43,618 bases of DNA from a bacterium (GCA_050874485.1 JBNMKT010000001.1:1-43618); one strand, 5' to 3'; counted from the first letter of the stretch, positions 10,200-19,397 are shown. Numbers and translations are program-made. The notes: generated by a model not told the origin, from the letters alone.

Positions 10200-11351
10200 C
10201 TATGCGAGCAGGAATAATTTTTCCAGCTCATCCTCTTTCAGATCGCAGCCAATCACGCACAATCTGCCTGTGTAATCAGGCTCACCCTCACGCAGCTCAT
10301 ACTCGCCGGGAACCATGTCAAAATAGATCCAGCCGCCCTCTGCATTCTCGACCATTCCCTTTGCACGCAGGATATTGCCATAGAACTCGTCGTCACTGAG
10401 TGTCTTTAAGATATTCTCGATCTCTGTTCTGGTGTACTTATGAGGAGTCTCTTTACCCCAGCTTGTAAATACATCATCGGCATGGTGATGTCCATGGTCA
10501 TGATCATGATGGTGTCCGCAGGAGCATACACCATTCTCATCATAGTGATGCTCGTGTGCGTGCTCGTGATCATGATCGTGATGATGTTCATGCTCATCGT
10601 GGTCATGGTCGTGATGATGCTCATGTTCATCGTGATCATGGTCGTGATGCTCATGCTCATCATGGTCATGGTCGTGATGATGCTCATGCTCGTGGTCATG
10701 ATCGTGATGCTCATGTTTTGCATGTTCTTCTGCCATCAGCTTCATCTCCAGGGAATCCTGTCCCTCGATGACCTTGAGCATTGCCTCACCGGAGATCTGA
10801 TCCCACGGAGTCGTGATGATCGCAGCCTTTGCATTCAGCTGCTGCATCTGCTTGACACATAACTCCAGCTGCTGCGGTGTCGCATTCTGTGTGCGGCTCA
10901 AAATAATTGTTGTCGCATACTCAATCTGATTATTAAAGAATTCACCGAATGCCTTCATCTGCTTGCTTGCTTTCGTGGCATTGACTACAGTGATCAGCCC
11001 ATTGAGCGCTACATCATGCGTTTTTTCTACATCCATGACTGATTTCATGACGTCTGAAAGTTTGCCGACACCGGACGGCTCGATCAGGATGCGGTCCGGA
11101 TGGAACTTTTCGATTACTTCGTTTAAATTCTTTCCGAAGTCTCCCACCAGTGAACAGCAGATACAACCGGAATTCATCTCGGTAATCTCGATACCCGAAT
11201 CCTTCAGAAATCCGCCATCGATACCGACCTCACCAAATTCATTTTCAATCAGCACGATCTTCTGTCCGGTAAAGACCTCTTCAATCATCTTTTTAATAAA
11301 TGTTGTTTTTCCGGCGCCTAAAAATCCGGATACAATGTCAATCTTTGTCAT
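10200..11351 (-). CDS. COG0523/CobW-family metallochaperone GTPase with a His-rich insert
   Basis: SGFLGAGKTT, ENEFGE, GCICCS, EPSG motifs and LRAKG...IG C-terminus. AAGGA precedes ATG 11351. Confidence 0.9.
   Translation of the reverse strand: MTKIDIVSGFLGAGKTTFIKKMIEEVFTGQKIVLIENEFGEVGIDGGFLKDSGIEITEMNSGCICCSLVGDFGKNLNEVIEKFHPDRILIEPSGVGKLSDVMKSVMDVEKTHDVALNGLITVVNATKASKQMKAFGEFFNNQIEYATTIILSRTQNATPQQLELCVKQMQQLNAKAAIITTPWDQISGEAMLKVIEGQDSLEMKLMAEEHAKHEHHDHDHEHEHHHDHDHDEHEHHDHDHDEHEHHHDHDHDEHEHHHDHDHEHAHEHHYDENGVCSCGHHHDHDHGHHHADDVFTSWGKETPHKYTRTEIENILKTLSDDEFYGNILRAKGMVENAEGGWIYFDMVPGEYELREGEPDYTGRLCVIGCDLKEDELEKLFLLA
10484..10716 (-). repeat. Imperfect tandem repeat encoding a His/Asp/Glu tract (unit approx. 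EHEHHHDHDHD)
   Basis: Repeating TCGTGATGATGCTCATGCTC-like units inside the CobW-type gene. Boundaries approximate. Confidence 0.85.
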
Positions 11352-11417
11352 GTGTGATTCCTTCTTTCTAAAAATAAAATAGATTGTATAATCGTTCGGC
11401 ACCTGATCTCTGAACGA

Positions 11418-13205
11418 TTACATTTTATCGGGTGCAGAGAAACCTAATACATCAATGCAGGTCTCCAGCACACCACGTGTCAGATCAAGCAAGGCGATAT
11501 ATGCCTGCTGCAGAGCCTCATCGGGTTCTGCCAGGATCTTGGTCTCATGATAAAAATGATTCAGTGCATTTGCCAGATCATAAATATACGCACAGACTCT
11601 ATGCGGTGCCAGTTCTGCAAACGCTGATTCGATCACTCCATTGAATTTTGCCAGTTCCAGCTGTAATGCTTTCTCACTCTCAGAATGAGCTTCACCTACG
11701 GAAAGTCCCACTCTGGAATGTCCCGCCTGCACATATTTGTTCAGGATAGACTTGATACGCACAATTGTATAGAGAATATACGGACCCGTATTTCCCTCAA
11801 ATGAAGTAAATCTGTCAATATCAAAAATATAATCCTTGGATGCCTGATTGGAGAGATCACCATATTTGATGGCAGACAATGCGATCTGCGCTGCAATCGT
11901 ATGTGCCTCCTCCTCAGTCATCGTCTGATTTTCACTCTGGTTTGATGCGATCTTCTCGTACATCTTGTTCTCGATATCCGTAAGCAGTGTCTCCAGACGC
12001 ATCACACCACCCTCACGTGTCTTGAACGGCTTTCCGTCCTTTCCGTTCATTGTACCAAATCCGAGGAAATACAGCTTCGTATCATCGTTGACGATACCTG
12101 TCTTTTTCGCGCAACGGAATACCTGTGTAAAATACAGTTCCTGACGCTTGTCCACAACATAGATGATCTCATTCGGATTATAAGATGTCATACGCTGTAC
12201 GATCGTCGCCAGATCCGTCGTATTGTACAGTGATGCTCCGTCTGACTTTAAGATCATGCAGGGAGGGATCTCCTTGGTATCTGTCTCCTCCTTGACATCA
12301 ACGACCAGCGCACCTTCACTGATATAGGCATAACCACCGTCCTTCATCCGGCGCACCATCTCCGGAATATACGGCTGTGCATCACTTTCGCCCTTCCACA
12401 GCTCGAACGAAACATTCAGTCTCCTGTAATTTTTCTTCAGATCAGTCACGGATACTTTTAGAATATGATGCCACAGTGCCTGATATCCACGGTTGCCATG
12501 CTGCAGTTCATAGGTCGCCTGCATCGCACGTTCCTTATATTTCTCGTCCTCTTTGGACTTCTTGCTGGCAGTCGGATAGATCTCTTCCAGTTCTGAAATC
12601 GTAAACGGTGCCTCCTTCGGATATTCTCCCACAAAAGCATTATTAAAATACGGCAGATCCGGTTTGCGTTCACGCAGTTCCGTAATGATCAGACCCATCT
12701 GCAGTCCCCAGTCACCGATATGGACATCTCCGATCATTGTATTTCCGAGAAAAATACCCATACGCTTGATACTCTCACCGATCACCGCCGAACGCAGATG
12801 TCCGACATGCAGCGGCTTTGCCACATTCGGTCCGCCATAGTCGATCATGATCGTCTGCGGTTTTTCCACACGTTCGCAGCCATAATGTCCGTTTGCTGCG
12901 CCCTTTTCCATCTCCTTTAAATAATCAGCCAGATATGTTCTGGCCAGCTTCAGATTCAAGAAACCGGGTTTTACAGCCTGAACCTCCTCAAACAACGTAT
13001 TTCCTGACAACGCTGCCGCAATCTGCTCTGCAATGTCAATCGGCGCTTTCTTCGCCTGCTTTGCAAGTGCCATCGCACCATTACACTGAAATTCGCACAG
13101 ATCCGGTCTGTTTGAAACCGTTACACGCGCATAGCTCTTATCAAAACCAAGTTCATCAAAGGCTGTCTCCATTGTCTGGGTTATCTGGTCTAATAACTTT
13201 TTCAT
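11418..13205 (-). CDS. argS: Arginine--tRNA ligase
   Basis: PNVAKPLHVGHLRS HIGH-type motif, GDWGLQ, KSDG..LY.TTDLA, KPFKTREG and EGNTGPYILY. Confidence 0.95.
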   Translation of the reverse strand: MKKLLDQITQTMETAFDELGFDKSYARVTVSNRPDLCEFQCNGAMALAKQAKKAPIDIAEQIAAALSGNTLFEEVQAVKPGFLNLKLARTYLADYLKEMEKGAANGHYGCERVEKPQTIMIDYGGPNVAKPLHVGHLRSAVIGESIKRMGIFLGNTMIGDVHIGDWGLQMGLIITELRERKPDLPYFNNAFVGEYPKEAPFTISELEEIYPTASKKSKEDEKYKERAMQATYELQHGNRGYQALWHHILKVSVTDLKKNYRRLNVSFELWKGESDAQPYIPEMVRRMKDGGYAYISEGALVVDVKEETDTKEIPPCMILKSDGASLYNTTDLATIVQRMTSYNPNEIIYVVDKRQELYFTQVFRCAKKTGIVNDDTKLYFLGFGTMNGKDGKPFKTREGGVMRLETLLTDIENKMYEKIASNQSENQTMTEEEAHTIAAQIALSAIKYGDLSNQASKDYIFDIDRFTSFEGNTGPYILYTIVRIKSILNKYVQAGHSRVGLSVGEAHSESEKALQLELAKFNGVIESAFAELAPHRVCAYIYDLANALNHFYHETKILAEPDEALQQAYIALLDLTRGVLETCIDVLGFSAPDKM

Positions 13206-13311
13206 ATCCGTTTCCTTTCCTTTGGTATATGTTTCATGGCAAAACAAAAAAACGCATAGCGTTTTTTTGTAATAATTAGTTTCTGCCTATTTTACCACAT
13301 TCGTGTATGTA

Positions 13312-13767
13312 TTACTCTTCCTCGGTTTGCTTGATCAGATCGCGCAGTGCTTCATCCTTTTCCGAGAGAATCGACTGTATCTGTCCATCGTCTTCTTCCG
13401 TCACCTCTGTCTGTCCATAGACGCCGGAATAAGCGCCGGTAGTCGGATTGTAATTAGCCTCTGCTTCACGCTTTACCTGCTCGATCTCCTCGCGTTTGCG
13501 CATTTCGTCCTGCTTTGCCTCGTGCTCCAGCCGCTCGAGTATCTCCTCCGCCGCATGCAGCTCCTCCTCTGCCGTCTGTAGCTGCTGGTATTCATCCGTT
13601 ACACCACCTGGCTGTGTAGACACATCTGCCGCTGAAACAGACTCCTGTTTCTCCGCTTGCTGTGCAGCACGCAATTCTTCCGGTGTCATATAATGCACAT
13701 TCCACCACTTGACGATGCTGTGCTCCATTTTTTCTCTTTCATTGCGTTCTTGGATCAAATCTTTCAT
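13312..13767 (-). CDS. Hypothetical acidic coiled-coil protein, divergent from sigG
   Basis: Clean E/Q-rich ORF filling the argS-sigG gap. Start uncertain (13767 or 13728). Confidence 0.6.
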   Translation of the reverse strand: MKDLIQERNEREKMEHSIVKWWNVHYMTPEELRAAQQAEKQESVSAADVSTQPGGVTDEYQQLQTAEEELHAAEEILERLEHEAKQDEMRKREEIEQVKREAEANYNPTTGAYSGVYGQTEVTEEDDGQIQSILSEKDEALRDLIKQTEEE

Positions 13768-13832
13768 AGCCCCTATTATATATGAAGAGTAAAAATAATT
13801 CAACTGCAAGCTTCGCAAATGATTCATGATGT

Positions 13833-13861
13833 GAATATTTTTCAGTCAGACGTGCACACTG
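13833..13861 (+). promoter_or_regulatory. Possible sigmaF/sigmaG-type promoter of sigG
   Basis: GAATA (13833-13837)-N17-CACACTG resembles GHATA-N17/18-CATAHTA. GGAGG RBS lies before ATG 13901. Weak match. Confidence 0.3.
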
Positions 13862-13900
13862 ATATTAAATAATGATAATTTTGTTTCGGAGGTTTTCCTC

Positions 13901-14187
13901 ATGTCTGCATACAAAGTCGAGATCTGCGGTGTCAACACTGCCAAACTCCCCGTACTCAAAGAAGATGAAAAAGATGCGCTGTTCGCGCGCATCCGCGAAG
14001 GTGATCCGCTTGCCAGAGAAGAATACATCAAAGGGAATCTGCGCCTTGTGCTCTCTATCATCCGGCGCTTTTCCGGCCATACAGACAACATCGATGATCT
14101 GTTTCAGATCGGCTGCATCGGGCTCATGAAATCGATCGATAATTTTGATCCAACACTTGGGGTCAAATTCTCGACCTATGCGGTGCC
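13901..14187 (+). CDS. sigG: RNA polymerase sporulation sigma factor SigG, 5' fragment (codons 1-96), interrupted
   Basis: KVEICGVNTAKLPVL N-terminus diagnostic of SigG; GNLRLVLS, DDLFQIGCIGLMKSIDNFD and KFSTYAVPMI. The reading frame then runs into element DNA and stops at 14218. Confidence 0.95.
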
Positions 14188-14210
14188 GATGATTGTACTT
14201 AGTCGAAACA
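14186..14210. other. attL junction
   Basis: CC-GATGATT followed by arm GTACTTAGTCGAAACA (14195-14210), which is the inverted complement (15/16) of the arm at 32952-32967. Confidence 0.9.
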
Positions 14211-14214
14211 ATGT

Positions 14215-15573
14215 CTAAAACTCCAGTTCAATATTGATACGTTCGTCAGTGATCACCACACGCCGGATGATCAGACGCAGGATCTCCTTCTTCTCATCCA
14301 ATGTCATATACTCCCACATATCCTTCAGATTTTCAAGCTTCTCATAGATAGCAGCCCGTTTGTCAGAAAGTGCCTTTCCGCGAACCTCATTTTCAATCTG
14401 CGCCTTGATACTCTCCAACTCCTTCTGATTTTCCTTGATCGTATCCAGCAGTAGATCATCGGCACTATCCGCGTACAGATCATACAGACGACGGATCTTC
14501 TTTGACACATTCGCGGCTCTGGCTTCCAGCATCTCAAGCGTAGAGGGCGCATTCGTCGAATCACTACTCTTGTTCGATACATCCATTTTCAGATTTAGGA
14601 TATGATCTACCACAATTTCTTCGACATCCTTCGCCCACAGCCTCGTCTGATCACAATCCGGATTTTTCACAAGATACGGCTTCGATGTCTGTTGGGAATA
14701 GCACACGAGCTTATGACCTTTCGTGCTCCACTTCTGATAGCGCATCTTCGCTCCGCATTTTCCACAGTAAACCAGTCCGGTAAGCAAGTTTTCGGTATAG
14801 TTGACCTTCTTCTTGGAGCGTTCCTCCATTTCCTGCATTGCCTTATAATAGGTTGCCTCGTCGATGATCGGCTCGTGCCGCCCCTTATACTCCTCACCAT
14901 TGTACTGAATAATACCAATATTGCTTTTTCTCTGCAAAATCTGCATCACCAGGCGCTCATATTTTAGACCAAGCGTATTCGCGATCTTTTGTGGAGACTG
15001 TCCGTCGATGTATAGCTTGTAGATCATGCGCACCTTCTCCGCGTCCTTATTCGGTACAAGGATACCCTGTTTTGAATCATAGTCATATCCATAGGGAATA
15101 CGACCGCCACCCATCCAATAGCCTTCCTTCACACGCTCTCGCATACCCATACGGGTTCTCATCCGGATGTTTTCTCGTTCCAACTGTGCAAAAGCAGCCA
15201 GTATTCCGATCATTGCGCGTCCCATCGGTGTTCCTGTATCTAACTGTTCTGTCAGAGAAACAAAATCCACACCATAAGGATCAAACAGATCCTCTATGAT
15301 ATATAAGACATCCTTCTGGGATCTCGACAATCGATCCAGCTTGTAAACAACGCACCGTTCCAATTTGCCGCCTTTGATATCGGCTATCATGTGTTGCATT
15401 TCTGGTCGGTCAATATTGCTGCCTGACCAGCCGCCGTCAATATAGAGTTCGTGGTTATCCCAACCATTGATCGTACACGCTGCCAGCAGCTTCTCTTTTT
15501 GCGCATCAATGGAATAGCCTTCCTCTGCCTGTGCATCTGTCGAAACTCGAATATATAATGCAGTTTTCTTCAT
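14215..15573 (-). CDS. Large serine recombinase (SpoIVCA/CisA-like integrase), 452 aa
   Basis: YIRVST catalytic Ser, DRLSR, GR...AQLERE, PYGY recombinase domain, CGKCG..C..C zinc ribbon and coiled coil. GGGAG RBS before ATG 15573. Stop lies 4 nt from the attL arm. Confidence 0.95.
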   Translation of the reverse strand: MKKTALYIRVSTDAQAEEGYSIDAQKEKLLAACTINGWDNHELYIDGGWSGSNIDRPEMQHMIADIKGGKLERCVVYKLDRLSRSQKDVLYIIEDLFDPYGVDFVSLTEQLDTGTPMGRAMIGILAAFAQLERENIRMRTRMGMRERVKEGYWMGGGRIPYGYDYDSKQGILVPNKDAEKVRMIYKLYIDGQSPQKIANTLGLKYERLVMQILQRKSNIGIIQYNGEEYKGRHEPIIDEATYYKAMQEMEERSKKKVNYTENLLTGLVYCGKCGAKMRYQKWSTKGHKLVCYSQQTSKPYLVKNPDCDQTRLWAKDVEEIVVDHILNLKMDVSNKSSDSTNAPSTLEMLEARAANVSKKIRRLYDLYADSADDLLLDTIKENQKELESIKAQIENEVRGKALSDKRAAIYEKLENLKDMWEYMTLDEKKEILRLIIRRVVITDERINIELEF

Positions 15574-15665
15574 TCTATCATATCTCTCCCTCTTATAATA
15601 GGAACTTTCCATCATTGTAGCAGATTCTTCTCCAGATTTCCACCTTCAATATATGGTTATTTTCT

Positions 15666-15674
15666 TTTGTCGAA
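15666..15674 (+). promoter_or_regulatory. Spo0A-box-like site upstream of the recombinase
   Basis: TTTGTCGAA (core TGNCGAA) about 95 nt upstream of the recombinase ATG. Confidence 0.35.
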
Positions 15675-15691
15675 ATTTTCCAAAAAAATGA

Positions 15692-15717
15692 AAAGGATGC
15701 TTGCCTGTGCATCCTTT
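15692..15717 (-). terminator. Intrinsic terminator insulating the recombinase from upstream genes
   Basis: AAAGGATGC-N8-GCATCCTTT stem with a T-rich tail on the minus strand. Confidence 0.7.
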
Positions 15718-15735
15718 CCATTTATACTAACATCT

Positions 15736-15918
15736 TTATGCTGCGTTCTGTGTATCAGCTTCCTCATGTTCCGCTCTCACACTACGCACTTTCCTTGGAG
15801 CTAGGACCGTACGTTTTAAAAATTGCACCGCCCGCTCTCCAAGCTCATATTGACCACTACGAACCAGTTCTGTAACATCCTCTCCACTTGCATTGGTTAT
15901 CGTTCCTATATGTACCAT
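15736..15918 (-). CDS. 60-aa protein, paralogue 1 (candidate recombination directionality factor)
   Basis: MVHIGTITNASGEDVTELVRSGQY is near-identical to the ORF at 30184-30366. Start lies 4 nt after the resolvase stop. Confidence 0.75.
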   Translation of the reverse strand: MVHIGTITNASGEDVTELVRSGQYELGERAVQFLKRTVLAPRKVRSVRAEHEEADTQNAA

Positions 15919-15922
15919 CCGA

Positions 15923-16552
15923 TCACACCCTTTCTTTATCTGACGTTTTCTGCAGTTCCCCTGCCAGCTTATAAAAAGACGATCGTTTTAGTCCCGTCAG
16001 CCGCATCGCCTCTCTTGCCGAAATTTGTCCATTTTTCCACTCATTGAGCACCACATCCAGATTTTCCGGTATGCTGACCCTTGGGCGTCCTAAATGCTTT
16101 CCTTTCTTCTTTGCCGCATCAATACCTTGCCGTTGCCGCTTTCTTATTGTAAGCCGCTCCTGTTCCGCGATGGATGCCAGCACTTCGATCAGGATATTGG
16201 TCACCATCTCCATGATCCACTCCTGTCCCTCCAGGACATCGATCAACGTAGTCGGTAGATCCAGTACCTTCAATCTGATCTTATGATCCCGGAACCACTG
16301 CAGTTCTCCCTTGATGTCCGCTTTGTTTCGACTTAATCTGTCAAGAGACATGACGTATAACGTATCTCCGGCGCGCAGCCCAAACAATCCTTTCAATGCC
16401 TGATAACCCGGACGCTCCAAATCCTTTCCGGAAGCCTTATCTACCACTATACAATCCTCCGGAACAAACTCGCTGAGTGCCAGTATCTGGCGGTCAAGGT
16501 TCTGCTCTGCAGAACTTACCCTTGCATATCCCATGATTCTCCCTGATTCCAA
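15923..16552 (-). CDS. Small serine resolvase/invertase with C-terminal HTH
   Basis: GYARVSS..QNLDRQ, DK.SG, DRLSR, RQRQGI..AK..G..LGRP and HTH tail. GGAGG RBS. Confidence 0.92.
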   Translation of the reverse strand: MESGRIMGYARVSSAEQNLDRQILALSEFVPEDCIVVDKASGKDLERPGYQALKGLFGLRAGDTLYVMSLDRLSRNKADIKGELQWFRDHKIRLKVLDLPTTLIDVLEGQEWIMEMVTNILIEVLASIAEQERLTIRKRQRQGIDAAKKKGKHLGRPRVSIPENLDVVLNEWKNGQISAREAMRLTGLKRSSFYKLAGELQKTSDKERV

Positions 16553-16570
16553 TAAAAATTCCTCCCTTAC

Positions 16571-16696
16571 CGTCCAAAAAGGTTCTGCCGGTTTTCAGTC
16601 ATATCCGAAAACTCAAACAGAACCTTTTCAAACAATTATTTGTGAACTATTTTCCTTTCCAAGAAGGTGTACCTTTACGGACACACGATCTGTGTC
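16571..16696. promoter_or_regulatory. Putative res site / resolvase binding sites
   Basis: Clustered dyads immediately upstream of the resolvase: AAAAGGTTCTG (16577-16587)/CAGAACCTTTT (16618-16628), inner GTTTTC/GAAAAC, AAGGT-GT-ACCTT (16664-16675) and GACACA-N5-TGTGTC (16680-16696). Confidence 0.55.
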
Positions 16697-16709
16697 AGCG
16701 TCTTTAACC

Positions 16710-17630
16710 TTACGCTGCGATCGAAAGTCCATCTTCCTTACTGTAATGGTAGATGTGATTGGAGAGCCTATCTTCCACCGACAACTGTATTTCATTAATG
16801 TCATGTACTACATCACACAGATATGGGAGATTTTTCACCTCTGAAACTGCCACCACCAGCGTCTCGTGAATTGATGAAGGGATAATATAGATATCTTCTC
16901 CTTTTCGATCCACGATCTGATCCATAACATCAGCAAATAACATGTACACAGCTCCAAAATGACACGCCTCATTCGTCAGCACATACAAAGGGTTGTTTAA
17001 CACCATCCGCTCATTACAAAGAAGCAGTTCCCGATCCCTTTCACTCAACATGCTGCTGATTGCATTTGTAATGCTCACAAAAGAGATATTCTCCTGTCTG
17101 GTATTCTGCAATGCAATCTCATAGACCGTCTCCTCGTCCTGTTCCCAGATTGCAAGATGCTCTTTTCTCACAATGACATAAGCTACTCCATCTCCGGAAG
17201 GGTGATCCATCTTCACATACACAACTGCCGACAGATCCAGATAGTCCCTATGGATTGCCGTATCCAGTGTTTCCCGGTTCATGTCCGCTGAGATCACCCG
17301 GAGATATAACCGGCTCTTTACGCGTTCCCAGTCCAGAAAATCATGGACTTCAATCTTTTTGATATTCTCATCCTCTGCATAATACAGCCAAATTGCCTGC
17401 ACAATTTCATCCAGCGTCATGTCATCCAGATATTCCTCATACAAAAGGTCTAAATAGAATACCGGTGATACCTTGCTGTCTGCCGACCGTATCACAATTC
17501 CTCTGCGCTTCAGACCGTTATTCTTATTCACCGTCTCTATACAGACATCGTCACCGTCACTCGCTGTCTGTCGCAGTCGTTTCAAAAGTTCCTCTTCAAA
17601 TGCCTCTCCTACTAATCGTGTTTCTTCCAT
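16710..17630 (-). CDS. DUF5688-family protein
   Basis: KNNG...GI, SP.FYL, LYVLTN...GA, YIIPSSIHE and ED.LSN.IY pattern. Confidence 0.75.
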   Translation of the reverse strand: MEETRLVGEAFEEELLKRLRQTASDGDDVCIETVNKNNGLKRRGIVIRSADSKVSPVFYLDLLYEEYLDDMTLDEIVQAIWLYYAEDENIKKIEVHDFLDWERVKSRLYLRVISADMNRETLDTAIHRDYLDLSAVVYVKMDHPSGDGVAYVIVRKEHLAIWEQDEETVYEIALQNTRQENISFVSITNAISSMLSERDRELLLCNERMVLNNPLYVLTNEACHFGAVYMLFADVMDQIVDRKGEDIYIIPSSIHETLVVAVSEVKNLPYLCDVVHDINEIQLSVEDRLSNHIYHYSKEDGLSIAA

Positions 17631-17642
17631 TGCCTTATCCTC

Positions 17643-18449
17643 CTATGCTGCCTGATTCTCATATACGATTTCATTTGCGATCTCGCTCATGTCTGCGCTG
17701 ATATTGGTCTTGATCGTCTCATCCGTGGATAATACACGCTGAAAGTCCGTTTTCAGCGGCGCGTACTTCAAAGCCTGCTTGATGACCGTTTTCTTTGCCA
17801 TCTCCTCATAGCAGGATTTCCACGGTGAGTAACTGCTCCCGAATGCCTTTGAATAGTTCGATGCATACAGATCCATCTCCTGTTTGCTCATGACACTAAA
17901 GCCGTAACCGCCATTCGATGTCTTGAACAGCCCATAGAAAAAAACCGACTCGCCACGATCAGCGATTTCCGGTCTGTGTATCAGCTTCGGGTTTAACCCG
18001 TATTCATATTCAAAATAGTCATTCTCATAAACAGTCTGTGCCTGTATCGTCTGCATCTGTCCATTACGGTATGCCAGTTCGATCAGCCCCTTGTAACCAA
18101 TCTGAAACTGACACTCCAGGACACCCTTATTCTTGTAAGGGATCAGATATGCCTGACCCAGCGGTGTGTTGGGTTCCAAACCAAGCTGCGCTGCATTTAA
18201 TAGGGCAGCAATAAAACTCATTGGCGTGCACTTCTGCAGTTCCGGTGTGTTGTTCAGCGCAGACAACGCAATCCTTGTAAAGCGCTCCGGTGTCATGACG
18301 CTAGGCAGGGCTTTCTTTAATTCCGGTCCAAGTGCTTTCACGATGTCCGGTATGGACGAGTTCTTTTTCAGCTTCACGCTGCTGTTTTCTGTCTTTGTAA
18401 CGGCAGCTGCCTGTGCCGCCAGTTCTTCCTTAATATCCTTCTGCTCCAT
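17643..18449 (-). CDS. recT: RecT-family single-strand annealing recombinase
   Basis: ERFTRIAL, CTP.SF..ALL.AAQLGLEPNTPLGQAYLIPY, FQIGYKGLI.LA.R and W...YEEMAKKTV. Confidence 0.93.
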   Translation of the reverse strand: MEQKDIKEELAAQAAAVTKTENSSVKLKKNSSIPDIVKALGPELKKALPSVMTPERFTRIALSALNNTPELQKCTPMSFIAALLNAAQLGLEPNTPLGQAYLIPYKNKGVLECQFQIGYKGLIELAYRNGQMQTIQAQTVYENDYFEYEYGLNPKLIHRPEIADRGESVFFYGLFKTSNGGYGFSVMSKQEMDLYASNYSKAFGSSYSPWKSCYEEMAKKTVIKQALKYAPLKTDFQRVLSTDETIKTNISADMSEIANEIVYENQAA

Positions 18450-18460
18450 GATAATCCTCC

Positions 18461-19396
18461 TTATGCTGCCGGTGCATACTTCACATTGAAGCGCCGGCTG
18501 GTAACTTCCTTTATATACTGGTCATAGATCTCTGGTTGCTCCTCTTTTAACCGCTTTGCATCAATACGGTTCTGATTTGCCTGTACCCATGAGATCCGGT
18601 AATCTTCTGCAACTGCATAACTCGCGTCCTGCATCTGCAGTTTAATCTTCTGATCGATCTGCTCTTTCTCCATTTCCAGCTTCTTCACAAGCTGTTCGAT
18701 CTCTGCCCTGCGTGACAGCTGCTCCTTCATGCCAAACAACTGGATCTCCTTTTTCTCGTCTCCGTGATAAAGTTGCAGTAGCATTTCAGAATATGCCTTG
18801 CTTCCGTCCGGATCAGGTGCAATGCCTTTCAACACATGATCTTCCCAGAACTGCTTTTCAATAATGATAAGGTTCTGTATCAGTTCCTCGTCACGCTCAA
18901 TCTTTCTTATGACAAATTCCCTGCCCATGATGAGCGCAGCCACATACCATGTCTTATAACCGGAAACCGCCAGATAATGCTGCACCTGCATTTGGTAATG
19001 AAGCGGCGTCTTTCCGTCGCTCCACTTATCAGCGGAATAAGCACTGACTGTCTTGCATTCCAGTCCGGCTTCTTCCCCTACGATCAGACGGTCAAAATCC
19101 GCTAACATGAACGGATGATCTTCATTCTGATAGACAGCGTTTGCCCTCCGTACCTTGAGTCCCGTTTCCTCTGTAAACCGCTTCGCTACATATTCTTCCA
19201 GATCGCGCCCCTGACGCATCGCCTCATTGTCAAAATTCTCCGTCTCCGCTGACAGCTTGTCATGGTAGACCTGAAAAGCGCTGCTATAGGGATTCATTCC
19301 GGTAATTGCACCGATGTCTGTGCCTGTCAGCCCCGTCTTTCGGATGCGGAGCCATTCTTCTTTTGGCAGATCCACGGTTGAAACTAGTCTTTTCAT
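18461..19396 (-). CDS. YqaJ-like (lambda exonuclease family) viral recombinase/exonuclease
   Basis: EWL..RK.GL.GTD, G..LE..VA..F, A.FDR, LECKT and Y..QVQHY.AV. Confidence 0.93.
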   Translation of the reverse strand: MKRLVSTVDLPKEEWLRIRKTGLTGTDIGAITGMNPYSSAFQVYHDKLSAETENFDNEAMRQGRDLEEYVAKRFTEETGLKVRRANAVYQNEDHPFMLADFDRLIVGEEAGLECKTVSAYSADKWSDGKTPLHYQMQVQHYLAVSGYKTWYVAALIMGREFVIRKIERDEELIQNLIIIEKQFWEDHVLKGIAPDPDGSKAYSEMLLQLYHGDEKKEIQLFGMKEQLSRRAEIEQLVKKLEMEKEQIDQKIKLQMQDASYAVAEDYRISWVQANQNRIDAKRLKEEQPEIYDQYIKEVTSRRFNVKYAPAA

Positions 19397-19397
19397 G

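Noticed and set aside
10406-10862. Met/Ile/Thr-, Val/Met- and Arg/Asp/His-rich ORFs, and a possible CRISPR-like periodicity
   Set aside because: Shadow frames of the His-rich coding repeat. There are no unique spacers, so it is not a CRISPR array.
15538-15544. Second TGTCGAA (Spo0A-like) match
   Set aside because: Lies within the codons for the RVSTD catalytic motif and is explained by coding constraint.
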